NCBI GenBank assembly: GCA_013239625.1
Contig: MU053482.1
Span: 3,929,922 to 3,993,921 of the forward strand
Length of the DNA stretch: 64,000 nt
Direction of reading: 5' to 3'
From: Lama guanicoe
Taxonomy: Eukaryota
Under the pieces are notes generated by a model. The model did not search any database. It was not told the DNA's origin and worked only from the letters and a program-made list of their open reading frames with translations. Positions 12,156 through 24,049 of this stretch are shown here, in pieces. How positions within the stretch are numbered: position 1 is the first letter of the stretch; the number at the start of each line of letters is the position of its first letter. A program made the position numbers and the translations under genes.

Positions 12156-12864
12156 ATCACTCTCATACCAATATGAAATGAACATATGTCAGAGATTTTA
12201 TTCTACTCATTAATGAATGAAGGCGCCAGTAAGATGTTAAAACTGGATCAAAGAGCATGTCAGAAGCTAGGTGTTTATAGGAAGTACTAGGATAAGATTG
12301 CCAGGTTACATTCAGAAGTGATTAATGTCCAGTAGAGCCATAAATGTAATCTTTGGAGGCTCCTTTTTCACTGGATAGTAATTATCTGTATCTCTAGTTG
12401 TCAAAGTCAATGAATTAATATTAACTTTACTAAACCTGTGACTCTAAATTAATAGTGAGTAGTGAGTTGAACCAAACGTAATTCCCTAGAGATGCCTTGG
12501 GTGCCCTTCATCCTTCTGTGGCAATGGAAGAGTGTGCTGCCCACCCTTTTGCTGTATTTCTAAGTTTTGGATACTTTTTCTGACAGCTGTACTGCTCACC
12601 TAAGCCTCAGGGGGTCACCCGAGACAGGCTGCCTCAGGGCCTGGCTGGGGGCGGGCTGGGGGAGGGCCGCTGTGTGCAGAGAATCCTGGTCCTTTCTCAC
12701 CACAGGGTGGGAATCCCTCCTCCCAGCCCCATGGGGAGCCAAAGGGAGGGAGAGCAGGCCTTGGCCAGAAGGTTGCAGCGGGCTGGGGGGTCCAGCTCCC
12801 GTTCTGGTTAGGGCACCTCAGCTGGTGGGAAACCCACCTTACAGCCTCATCCGTGTTTTAAAAA

Positions 12865-13160
12865 GTTTTTATTATGAAAATGTTCAAACACACACACACA
12901 CACACACACAGACATTGGTCTAATCCCCCTCATCCCTTTTTTTCTGAGACTTGAGTGTATTAAAGCAAATTTCAGATATGTCATGTCCTAAATTGCTTTA
13001 TTTTGCACCTCCCCCACTAAAAAACACAAAAAAGAGAAGTTTTCTTATGCAACAATGTCATTATCACACTTAACAAAATTAACAATAATTTCTTGGTGTC
13101 TTCTAATTCATAGTCAACATTCACATTTCTCTGACTACCTAAAAGGTATGTTTTTATAGC
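12865..13160 (-). mobile_element. Old L1M 3' end fragment with an embedded (CA)11
   Basis: TTTTATTATGAAAATGTTCAAACA start; CATTATCACACTTAACAAAATTAACAATAATTTCTT; (CA)11 at 12889-12910. Confidence 0.55.
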
Positions 13161-13624
13161 CCTGACCATTAATATTTACTGCATATCTCACCTGGGCCAG
13201 GCTTTGTGCTTGGTTTTGTCCATAGCGTTGGACAGGATCCCTACCCTCATGCGGCTTATTGCTTTCTCATGGCCCAGAGGGTGAGAAGACTGGTGTTCCC
13301 CACAGCCTGCGGGACAGGCCATCTTGGAGTTGGGCCTGGCTCAGGGAACCTCCCTGGGTCTCAATGACACATTTATTTACTAAACTCCCAAAGTTTACTG
13401 AAATAATCAGGCCCAGTCTGTTGGTTCAGCTTGGATATTGCAGGCTTGGGCTCCAGCCTGCAGGAGGTAGAGCAGGCGCTGGCAGAAGCCCCAGGCTGGG
13501 GACAACAGCATCCTTTGTGGAGGAGGGAGGACCTTGTGGATCCTGGGACTGCACCTTCTCCCTTCAGGAAGACCAGGGGAGGAGAAGGACAGTGTAGAAG
13601 TTCTCCACAGAACTCACTTTTCAA

Positions 13625-13810
13625 ATACTGGGATTGTTGTCCCTACTTTTTTTTGGTGTTAATATATAGCTTATTATATGAAATGATGGTGGTAACAGTT
13701 TATTGTTATGTTTTTATTGTTCCTTATTTGGTTGCCAACCTTATAAAGTCTCCCAAAGAGCGTTTTTGAAATTATAATGGTCCATAAAATCCAAATGTCT
13801 GGAACTACTG
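13625..13810. mobile_element. Probable hAT-Charlie DNA transposon fragment
   Basis: Terminal GGTCCATAAAATCCAAATGTCTGGAACTACTG resembles a Charlie-type TIR end. Confidence 0.4.
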
Positions 13811-15017
13811 ATGTAATATAATGGTCCTATTCTTCCCAGAAAGTCTAAACCATCAGAATGAGCTCCACACCACTCAGCCAGCACCATGCCCAAGGGAAGC
13901 CCCAGTAATTCTCATGATTTGTGCCTTGTTCTTAAGCCTAGAACCTCAGCTGTTTGTCTTGTTGACCTGTGATGTGATGGGGACATTGTCTTAAAAAACA
14001 CCAGGTTTCTATTCACAACTTGGGAAGTGCCTGGCCACTGAGCATGCCAAGACCTCAGCAACAGACCAGTGGGGACTGGCCAGTAGGTAGCACTGGGTGG
14101 GCTTGGGAACTGGCATGTGGCTTGGCCGTGAGTCTGGTGCCAGTGCGAGTAGTCGATATTCTGTCATCCAAAGGCCAAGAGGTTTGCCTTACTTGGACCT
14201 ATACAATAGACAACATGCCAGGGTCCGTGGCGGGGCCTAATGGCGGTCACCACCCAAGTGGTAGACAGTACGTGAAGTCACGCGGACAGAGAGGCAGTGG
14301 TACTCTGCTCGAACATTCCAGTTGCAGGTGACTCCCAGGAAGCAGCAGGGCCATCTGGTTGCAGAACACAGCCCCCTGGAGAGGGAGTGGCAAAAGAGGG
14401 GTGAGGGTCAGGGTCCCACCTAATGGGGTGGGGTTGAGGACAGGGTTCAAGTCCAGCATAGAAATCAAGTGATGGGCAGAGAAACTGGAGCCCAGATGTT
14501 GGGCCTGAGAGCACCCGTGGTGAGGGAGCAGGTCAGAAGCAAGGGCAGGTTATGCTCAGTGGGCACCTAACCCTGAGGTCCCATCGGAGAGGCTGAGATC
14601 ATGAATGTCTTCCTGCCCTGGTCAGGTTGGCCGTGGAGCTGGGCTGGGCAGAATCTTCAGGGAGCAGCTCAGCATCTGGGGCTTTGAGGAGAGAAGAGCG
14701 AGACTTCTGCTGTAGAGAGCAGTTCGCACAGTACATTCCCTGCAACACCAGCAGGCAAAGGACCTGGGTCACGTCTGCACACTCTGTCCTGCTCTTGAAG
14801 ACTCACAGCCCACATGAACACATCCAAGGCCCTGAGGGGTCCTGTGAGAATGAGCTAACTTTGCTTAACCCAGCATTGCCCAAATGATCAGAGCAGAGGA
14901 CCCCATGTCAGCCCCAAGCCTATTAACCTTCCTCGACATGAGGGTTGACAGAACACCCCATGGGAAGTGCTGCTCCAGGAAATGGACCTGGAGGCCAACC
15001 AAACCCTTTGTGCTTTG

Positions 15018-15020
<3 letters not shown>

Positions 15021-15051
<31 letters not shown>
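15021..15051. repeat. (GT)15 microsatellite
   Basis: Perfect dinucleotide run read directly. Confidence 0.97.
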
Positions 15052-15053
<2 letters not shown>

Positions 15054-15404
15054 CACATATGCTCACTGGAGAGAGAGTGATGAATCTTCAAATTAACCAT
15101 GGAAACTGTTCATTAATGTCACCACCTGCTGCCTGAACTGGTCACCATAATGGGGTCTGACCAGGACACTGAGTCTTTGCTTCAGGTCCCTTCATTTCAT
15201 TCCCAGGGAGGCTCGGGTTGTCTCACTTTCTCAGGAGAAATATGAAAAATTCAGCAGGACAGATTTCCCATGACAATGCCACAGCTCCTCCCATTCCCTC
15301 TCAGCATCAGGGCAGTTATATTTCAGTTTGGTTTTTTCATGGTATTTATTACCAGCAGGTGTTCTAAGATGTGTCAGAGGCTGCCTGGCCAGCTCAGCTT
15401 GGCA

Positions 15405-15474
15405 TGGGGCCAGCTCTCGTCTGTGTGCAGAGGGTGAGCTGGGGCCAGCTCTCGTCTGTGTGCAGAGGGTGAGC
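15405..15474. repeat. Perfect 2 x 35-bp tandem duplication
   Basis: TGGGGCCAGCTCTCGTCTGTGTGCAGAGGGTGAGC at 15405-15439 and 15440-15474, identical. Confidence 0.95.
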
Positions 15475-15591
15475 TGTGCCCAGGAGGGCTCTACTTGTTA
15501 GAACAAAATTTCTGAAGTTGGTCCATGCACTCAGGGAAGAGTGTTTACTTGAAAGAGATGCCTGAGCGACCAGAGGTGACCTGGTTCCTTT

Positions 15592-16236
15592 TGTTACAGA
15601 GCCAAATTTGGGTCCGCTTGCCCGATGCACAGTAAAGCCAATCTCCTGACACTGGGTTGTGGTGAAGCAAAGTACAGTGTTAACGGCAACATGCCCAACA
15701 TGGGGCCAAACAGGGAGAATGGGCAGCTCATGTTCAAAAGACATAAACTCCCCAATGGCTTTCAGGGAAGGGTTTTTAAAAGCAAGGTGAGGAAGAGGGT
15801 CGGGCAGTGTGTAATCAGCTTGTGCTCAGTTCTCTGATTGGTTGATGGTGAGGTAACAGGTTGGTGTTTTGGGAATATCAGTCATCAACCTGGTTCTAAC
15901 TGCTCTGGGGTCTACATGCTGGTGGTCAGCATGCAGTTAACTTCCTTCACCTGGTGGGGGTTTTATTATTTGCAAAACAACTCAAGAATATGGCTCAGGA
16001 TATTATCTATAGCCCTTGAGGAGAAACTTAAAGTCCCCGACTTTGTTTTATGGCTAAACTATTATTATTTTGTTCTGCTTGACTATTTTCCTTTGTTTCT
16101 GTATTTTCTCATTTCTCTGATTAAATATGCTCTTTGGTGCTTGGGGGAAGGCCTAGGAGGCTAATAAATAAGAGGCAGTCAGGCCAGAGTGGTTGTCTGT
16201 CACTGGGAAGGCCCCTCAGGGTCTTGCTCATTTTCA
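15592..16236 (-). mobile_element. ERV1 solo LTR, MER41/LTR39-related
   Basis: TG...CA termini (TGTTACA..TTTTCA); near-TSD CTTT/CATT; internal GGTCCGCTTGCCCG, GGGAAGGGTTTTTAAA and CTGATTGGTTGATGGTGAGGTAAC blocks typical of this clade. Confidence 0.8.
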
Positions 16237-16256
16237 CATTGAGTCTCACCTTGGAG

Positions 16257-16485
16257 GAAGCAGCGTTGCCTAGCGGCCTGGAGTCTGTGTGGGCTGGAGC
16301 CAGACTGCCTGTACTGGAATTTTGGCTCCATCCGTAACTGTTTGACTTTGGGCAAGTTATTTAACCACTCGCAGCCCTAGTTCCCTAATTTTAATAGCAG
16401 CCACCTCATGGATTGTAGTGAAGATTAAATACATGTAAAACTCTTAAATTATAGAAAAGGGTGCAATAAATTCTAGCTATTATCA
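16257..16485 (+). mobile_element. MIR SINE
   Basis: CTGGAGCCAGACTGCCTG..GACTTTGGGCAAGTTATTTAACC..CCTCATGGATTGTAGTGAAGATTAAAT. Confidence 0.75.
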
Positions 16486-17196
16486 CAATTATTGGGAGGG
16501 TTCCTCACTGTAATTCTTAGTTAACACCTTCCTTTTAGTTTTGGATTCAGAAGTGAATTGGGGAAGCTATTTCTCTTTGAAGCTTGGCTCAGAAGTAGAT
16601 GTAAACTCCATCTTTAGTTTTAAAGAGTCTACTGAGGAAGGACAACAGGGAAATAAACTGTAAGACTGCAAGCATTATCATTCCAATCCAAAGCACACAA
16701 CACAGTATTTACCCTCCTCCTTGGACTTAATGCGAGGATTAAATCAGATAGTGTATGTACAGTACTTAGTACAGTGCATTTGCATAGTAAAGTTTCATTA
16801 AATTTGATCTTTTAATATGCACTGGTGCCACCAGTGGTGTTGCAGTCAGGGGAGGAATTTGCAGGCTGTTCCATGTGTTTTCTAATTTAATTCCTCTATA
16901 GTAAGCTGTTTTGATGGAGAATCAGGGGCTTAGGTCAACACTCGTCTGTGACTTTGACTGCACTGTTCCACCTTGTTCCTGCATCTTCTTCCTCCAATCA
17001 GAAATGCTCTTGACATCCTTTCAATATATATATCTGTATATCTATATATATCCCCTTCAATAACCTCTGTGGTGTTTTCCTGTGATCATCTCAGGTACTT
17101 CCAATAACTGAGCATCTAAGCCGCACAGTCTCCACTGGCATTGGGATTTATGCTGTACAATCACTGAAACAGCGGAGGGGGAGGGGTGGAGCTCAT

Positions 17197-17555
17197 CGCT
17201 ATGGGCTATGTTGTGTCCTCCCCCAGTTTATAGGTGGAAGCATTAAACCCTCACGTTGATTGTATTGAAGACAGGGCCTTTGAGGAGGTAATTAAGGTTA
17301 GGGAGGAGTCCTGATCTGATAGAATTAGTGTCCTTACAAAAAAGGAAGAGATGCCAGAGATCTCTGTCTCTCTCTCCATTATGTAAGGACACAGGGAAAA
17401 GGTAGCCATTTGCAAGCCAGGAAGAGAGCTCTCATCAGAAAATGAGCCCTTCCAGAACCTTGATCTTGGGCTTTGCAGCCTGTGAAAATAAATTTCTTTT
17501 ATTTAAGCCATCCAGTCTCTAATAATTGGTATGGCAGCCCAAGCTGACTAATACC
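17197..17555 (+). mobile_element. MaLR solo LTR (MLT1A/MLT1A0-like) with a perfect 5-bp TSD
   Basis: CGCTATGGGCTATGTTGTGTCC...GGCAGCCCAAGCTGACTAATACC; TSD CTCAT at 17192-17196 and 17556-17560. Confidence 0.9.
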
Positions 17556-17749
17556 CTCATGTTCATTGCACAGCTAATATGTACAGCCCTGTGGTCTGCA
17601 TGGGGGATGCACAAATAAGAAAGGCCTAGTCCCTTATTTCAAACATCTTATTGCCTTTTTTAAGAGGGGCAGGTAGAGACAAATGTGTGACCAGAGGCTA
17701 AGAGACATCATGATAAAAGTTCTGGTAAAAGCGGGCTCAGTGCCATGGA

Positions 17750-17995
17750 GCATGGTGGTCTATAACATGGTGGTTGGGCTTTGGAGTCACAGAGACCTCG
17801 CTTTGAAACCTGCATTTGCAATATGACCTCAGTCTAGTTACTTATCCTCTTTGAACCTCAGTCTCCTTATTATAAAATAAGGATAATAATAATAACTCTT
17901 CATAGGGTTATTATGAGGATTAAATGAGGTTAAACAGGTAAGGTACTTAGAATAGACATTTGGGAAAGCACTCAGTTATTTACAATATTATTATT
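17750..17995 (+). mobile_element. MIR SINE
   Basis: GGCTTTGGAGTCACAGAGACC..TGAACCTCAGTCTCCTTATTATAAAATAAGGATAATAAT..CATAGGGTTATTATGAGGATTAAATGAG. Confidence 0.75.
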
Positions 17996-17999
17996 AAAT

Positions 18000-18850
18000 A
18001 GCGCATGGAAAGGGCATCACATTGCTGGAAGGATGGTCAAAAAATCTTTCAGAGGAGACAAAACTAGAGATGAGTTTTATAGGATGGGTAGCAGTTAACC
18101 AGATGAAGAAAGATATTTGAGTTGGAAGGAACAGGATTTGTCATTGTTGGTGACAGGAAATTGCATGCTGCATTTGAGGGGTTTCCAGTAGATCAGTATG
18201 ACCTGATAAACTCTTCGTGAGTGCAGGGGCTGTGGTGGGAGGACACAGGGAGTGGCAGTGGATGAGTAATAAGAAAGGTAGCTAGGAGCTATGAGGGCAG
18301 AGTTTCAACTTTATCCTGAAGACTTTGGGGAACCATTGAAGAAGCTGATCAGTAGGGCTTGGAATCATCATCAGATACACATTTTGGGAAGCTCACCCTG
18401 GCAAAATAATATAGAAGATGGATTGATTGAGAAGGGGTTGATAGAAGACAGAGAGACTTATATGGCAATTTCAATGATTAAAGGAGAAAAGACAAGGATC
18501 TGAATTAAGACAGTAGCAATGGGGACAGAGAGAAGTTGGGAGATCTGGGAGACTGGGAGACTAGATGGGGAGAAGGCAGGGAACAGGAGGTAAGGAGAGA
18601 GAGAAAGAGAGAGAAAATGGGCAAAACTGACTCCTAAGTTTCTGCCTTGGCTTCAGGATGGATGGTGGTCTCACTCTCTGAGATTGGAAAGGCTTGGAAG
18701 TGGAATGGGAGAGATGCAGGTGGGACACAAGTTTCTGGTGTCTGAGGGTCATCCTTGTAGACATGTCCTTTGGTAGGGAGTTGAATGTAGTATTTGAAAG
18801 CTCTACAGAGCTTTCTAACTGATGAGGTGAGGAACTTGAAAAGAGGGGTA
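18000..18850 (-). mobile_element. L2 LINE fragment
   Basis: Purine-rich antisense L2 blocks: GAGTTTCAACTTTATCCTGAAGAC..GGAACCATTGAAG, GACAGTAGCAATGGGGACAGAGAGAAG, TGACTCCTAAGTTTCTGCCTTGG. Confidence 0.65.
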
Positions 18851-19284
18851 ACAGTTTGGAATGGTGGCTGGAATTGGGGAGAAAACTTCTAGGGACACGT
18901 GGATTTCCCAGCAGCACAGAAGCCTTACCATTTGTAACAGGATCCACATGGGGCTGGAGAATTGAGCGTCGTGAAGAGAGAACAATTAAAATGCTCATCG
19001 CGGAGAAAGAAAGGAGGCTACAAGGTGACAGAGAGACTGGGAGATTGTAACATGGCCAGTGGACTGGAGGTCTCCATTAGATATGGATTCAAAGTAAGAG
19101 AATCAGAGATTTGCTTGTAGGACTTTTAAAATGGTCAGACAGCAAGACAGGATGGGAAGATTACAGAGGTGGAAGAAAGGCCAGGTTCTAGATATGTTAA
19201 TGGACGTCTCTGGTGGGTAGAGTAAATGAGCAGGAAGTGTTTGGATTAAAAAGGGCCAGGGTCTTGGATGAAGCTTCTATGTCA

Positions 19285-19430
19285 GTTCTCAATATAATAT
19301 GCATGTGGGTCACTAAGGGGTTTTGCTAAAATACAGATTCTCACACATGAAGTCTGGGGTGGGATTCTACGTTTCAATAAGCAAGCTCAGTGATGATGGT
19401 TCTGCTGGTCCATAGACTGCACTTTAAGAT
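19285..19430. mobile_element. MER5-type hAT-Charlie MITE
   Basis: TTGCTAAAATACAGATTC..GTCTGGGGTGGG..CTGCTGGTCCATAGACTGCACTTT. Confidence 0.6.
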
Positions 19431-20469
19431 GCCAGGTCTAAATGGACATTGAAATGGTCCAGGATGAAAGTAGGCTCAGGGGTGGAGACAAAGTCCATGC
19501 CTGTGGCCTCGCAGATCAAATGTGCTCCTGACTGCTGCCATGGAAGGGGGATAGATGGGACAGAGGAGAAGTGTGAGGGGGGCCGGCCTTGCCTGGCATG
19601 TCCCACAGCAGCCTTCCCGCAATAAGAGAGAAGGCTGCTAACTGGCTAGCAACACTCGATATTAATTAACTCAATAGAATAGGTCCCCTGAAGCCTGTTT
19701 TGCATAATTAATGAATTCTCAGCTATAAGCTGCTGAAAACACTGAAGCCAAAGTGTTAGAATTTTCCGATCAGCTAAGCAGAAACACCACAATCCATACT
19801 GTTTGTGGACACAGAGCAAAGCTTAACTCTTGCTAATTACTGAGAGTGGTTTCAGAGCCTTTAGCTTTGCTGTATTCTAATGGAGGGAGGCAGGGCTGGA
19901 CTGAGACATGTGGGCACCCCAGGCAGGCTGGAAATTTGATGCCTCTCCAACAAAATGTTCTTTAAATATTTGTTCAACATTTAGTTAGAGATGAAGCTGA
20001 GTGTAGCTTTGAGGAAGAGCGGAGTCAGAAAGTGCTGGGCCGATGCAGTTTCTCCTCTGATGTCTCAAGCAATTCAGCTCTGGCCCAGACTCTCTTAACA
20101 TCCTCAGCAAAACAAGACCCTGCAGTTACGGGCCCTCCCTCCTCAGAATGCAGGTTTGCTACCCTCTCTACATATTACTGGAGATGCCCCTGGGAGGTCC
20201 TGCCTTCCATTCCAAGTTGTTCTCTGAATGGCTCTTTCTAAGAGCTCTTTCAACAAATAAATATTTTTTAAACATCTTGTTACATTTCTAGAGGATTTAA
20301 ACCTGACTTTTTGAGTGGCTCTATAGGCAGCCGCTCAGATGGCAGTGTCTTTGGCTCTGGGGAATGCTGCTATTATAGATCAGTCTCCTTAGGGCTGCAG
20401 TTAGTGGGGAGAGCTGGTTCTTCAGTGCTCACTTAAGCCATTGGCTGGATGGTTTCAAGAGAAGTCCTT

Positions 20470-20715
20470 ATTACTTAGAAGCATAAATTCGGAGCCAAAC
20501 TGTCTAGGTTCAAATTTTACTTCTACTACGAATGAACCTGGTTATGGGTAGGGTTCTTAACTGCTCTGAACCTTCTGTCCCTCATCTGTAAAATGGGGAT
20601 AATAATAGTGGTTTCTTCTAATGTTCCTTTGAGAATTAAATGAGTTACTAATGGGGAGCACTTAAATAGTTCTTGACATGTAATAAGTATTCAATAAATG
20701 TTTATTATAATTATT
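20470..20715 (+). mobile_element. MIR SINE
   Basis: MIR core CCTCATCTGTAAAATGGGGATAATAATAG..GAGAATTAAATGAG. Confidence 0.8.
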
Positions 20716-20728
20716 ATGATTCTGTAAC

Positions 20729-23427
20729 TGTGTTAGTTTTCTGTGCTGCATAGCATTATCAGAAAATTAGTGGCTTAAAACAACACGTATTTTAACATTT
20801 GAAAATCAATTAGTATACCATATCAATAGACTAAAGGACAAAAACCACATGATCAACTCAATAGATGCAGAGAAAGCATTTGACAAGATCCAGCACTCCT
20901 TCATGATAAAAACAAGTTAGGAATAGACAGAAACTTCTTTACCTTGATAAAGTGCAGCTATGAAACTCCACATGTTACTTAATGGTGAAACCCTGAATGC
21001 TTTCCCCCTAAGATCAGAAACAAGACAAAGATATTCCCTTTCACAACTTCTATTCAACGTTGTACTAGAGGTTCTAGCCAGGGCAATTAGGTAAGAAAAA
21101 GAAATAAAAGTCATTCATATTGGAAAAGAAGAAGTAAGATTATATGTATTCACACATGGCATGATCCTGTATATAGAAAATCCTAAGGAACCAACTAAAA
21201 ATGGTTAGAAGTAATAAATAACTTTAGTGAGATTTCAGGATACAAGATTAATAAACAAAAATCTGTTGTATTTCTACACACTTATAATGACCAGTCCAAA
21301 AAAGGAAATTAAGAAAAACAATTCCATTTATAATAACATAAAAAAGTTCATGGTTTTTTTTTAAATGAAAAATTTATACTTGGAAAACTACAAAACATTG
21401 TTAGAACTACAGAAGATCTAGATAAATGGAAAGATATCCCATGTTCATGGGTCAGAAGACTTAATATTGTTAAAATGGCAATATTCCAAAACTAGTTTAT
21501 AGATTCAACACAATCCTTATAATCCCAGCTGTCTTTCTTGAAGAAACTGACAAGCTAATCCTAAAATCATATGGAAATTCTAGGGGTCATGCTAGGCAAA
21601 ACAGTCTTGAAAAAGAACAAAGTTAGAGGACTCATACTTCCCAATTTCAAAACTTACTACAAAGCTATAGACATTGTGGTATTGGCATAAGGTAGACATA
21701 TGGATCAATGGAATAGAACTGAGATCCCAGAAATAAACGCTCTGACATTTATGGTCAATAGATTTTTGACAAGGATGCCAAAACAATTCAACGGGGGAAA
21801 GACTGATCTTTTCTTCAAATGGTGCTGGGACATCCAGATGCAAAAGAATGAAGTTGGGGGCCTACCTCATATCATATACAAAAATTAATTAAAAATAGGT
21901 CAAGGACCTAAAGGTAAGAGCTAAAACTGTAAACTCTTAAAAGGAAAACATAGCAGCATGACCTTGGATTAGGCAATACATTCTTTGAAAGCACATGGAA
22001 CAAAAGCAAAAAATAGATAAATTGGACTTCATCAAAATTAAAAACATTTGTGCTTCAAAAGACACTATCAACAAAGTGAAAAGTCAGCCCACTGAATGGG
22101 GAAAAAGATCTGTAAATCATATTTCTGATAAGAGATTTGCATCTAAAATATATAAAGACCTCTTTCAACTCAATAATAGCGATGATAAATAACCCAATTT
22201 TAAAACGGGCAAAGGATTTGAGTAGTATATCTCATGAGAGATTTACAAATAGTCAATAAGTATGTGAAAAGATGATCATCATCATCAGTCATCAGGAAAA
22301 TGCAAATCAAAACCATGATTGGATACCACTTCACATCCACTCAGTTGGTTGTAATAAAAAGAAACTGATGTAGATGAGGATGTGGAGAAAATGCAACCCT
22401 CATACACTCTGATGGGAATATAAAATGGTACAGCCACTTTGTAGAACAGTGTGTCCGTTCTTCAGAAGGTTAAATGTTTTGTTAAACAAAATTCCACTCC
22501 TAGGTATACAATCAAAATAAATGAAAAGATATGTCCACACAAAAACTTGTACACAATTGTTCATAGCAGCGTTATTCATAATAGCCAAAAAATGGAAACA
22601 ACTCAAGTGTCTACCAATGGATAAACAAAATGTGGGCTATCACTACAATCTACTATTATTCAGCCACAGAAAGGAAGGAAGTACTGATACAGGAGATAAC
22701 ATATATGAACCTTGAAAACATTGTAAGTTAAAAAAGCCAGACACAAAGGGCTGTATTATTCCATTTATATGAAGTGTCTCAAATTCATTGAGACGGAAAG
22801 TAGATTAGTGGCTTCCAGGAGGTAAAGGAGAGGGAGGGATGGGAAGCAGGTGCTAATGGGATAGGGTTTCTTTTGGGGTTAGAAAGTGTTTTAACAGTCG
22901 TTGTGGTGATGGTTGCACAACTCTGTGAACACATTAAAAACCACTGAATTTACACTTTAAATGGGTGAATTGTATGGTATGTGAATTATATCTCAGTACA
23001 GCTCTTACACACACACACACACAGTTATCATCTCATAGTTTCTGTGGGCCAGGTGTCCAGGCACACCTTAGCTGAATCCTCTGCTTAGGACATCACATGT
23101 TTGCAACCAACTCTGGGTTTTTATCAGAGCTTTGACTGGGGAAGGATCCATTTCTGAGCTTCTCAGGTTGTTGGCAGAATTTATTTCATTGTGAATCTAT
23201 TTCTTACTGGAGTCACAGCAGCTTGCTTCTTCAAAGCCAGCAATGTAGAGAGAGAGAGAGACTCCATCAAGATGGGTGCTATGTGATCATGCAAACATAA
23301 TCATGTACATCTCATCCAATCTGCTGTATTCTGTTGGTTTGAAGTAAGTCACAGGTTTCACCTTTCAAGGCAAAGAAATTATGCTAAAGTGTGAATCACG
23401 GGGCCATCTTAAAGTCTGTCTGCCATA
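20729..23427 (-). mobile_element. MaLR LTR (MLT1E/F-like) split into 20729-20794 and about 23024-23427 by an L1 insertion
   Basis: TGTGTTAGTTTTCTGTGCTGC..AGTGGCTTAAAACAACAC resumes as TTATCATCTCATAGTTTCTGTGGG..GGCCATCTTAAAGTCTGTCTGCCATA; outer TSD GTAAC/CTAAC. Confidence 0.75.
20795..23003 (+). mobile_element. 5'-truncated L1 (L1MB-like): decayed ORF2 RT/C-terminal region plus 3' UTR
   Basis: ORF2 remnants ([12 protein letters not shown] at about 20860; DQWNRTEIPEIN; KIDKLDFIKIKNICASKDTINKVK); L1MB-like 3' UTR GGTGATGGTTGCACAACTCTGTGAA..TGAATTATATCTCA; many stops and frameshifts. Confidence 0.9.
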
Positions 23428-23574
23428 CTAACATCCTCAGGGACAAGTTTTATAATTAGGTAAAACAATTAGTTCCCAGTGCCATTTCTAATTCTAATTT
23501 GTAGCAGAGGAGTTCTTGACTGCTGTGTTGGGATTAGTTTCAAAATTTCTTATGTATAATTATTAATATTAATT

Positions 23575-23800
23575 GCTATCATTTAGTAAGTGTTAATTTA
23601 GTGCCTGACACTGTACTAGGCACTTTTCATATATTATTCTTTTTCATACTTGAAAAAGCCTGCAAGGAGGTATTATTGTTTCTGAATTTACAGATGAGGA
23701 AATATAGGATCATAGAGGCTGTCATTCCCAAGGTCACATAGCTAGTAAGTGAAGGAGCTGGGATTTGAACCCAGGCCTTTTTGAATCCAAAGCTCACCAT
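23575..23800 (-). mobile_element. MIR SINE
   Basis: TTTACAGATGAGGAAA..CCCAAGGTCACATAGCTAGTAAGTGAAGGAGCTGGGATTTGAACCCAGG. Confidence 0.8.
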
Positions 23801-24049
23801 GCCTGCAAGCCCCATCTTGTACTAGTTAGGTCATTGTGTGTGTTTGTGTGTGTTTTTGTATATGTGTTAAATACTAGTAATATGTTTATGAGACTTTCTA
23901 CAGGGATGGGTATAAGTAGAATTACTAAGCAGTCCAGTTTGTAATAGTGGCTTTTTAAAGTCACCTACTGTGTGCCAAATATGTGCCAGGCACTTTATTA
24001 GGCACTGGTGGTACAAGGCAAGTTAAACAGATATAATCCATTAACCCCC

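Noticed and set aside
14300..14600. Possible ancient Gypsy-like LTR fragments here and at about 38560-38890 and 40720-40990
   Set aside because: Only a general purine-rich resemblance, with no termini or TSD that I can verify.
15405..15474. CRISPR-like repeat of about 35 bp
   Set aside because: Only two adjacent copies with no spacer, no cas genes, and a mammalian context.
21592..22715. Cluster of short ORFs with protein-like sequence
   Set aside because: These are sense and antisense translations of a dead L1 ORF2 and 3' region, not host genes.
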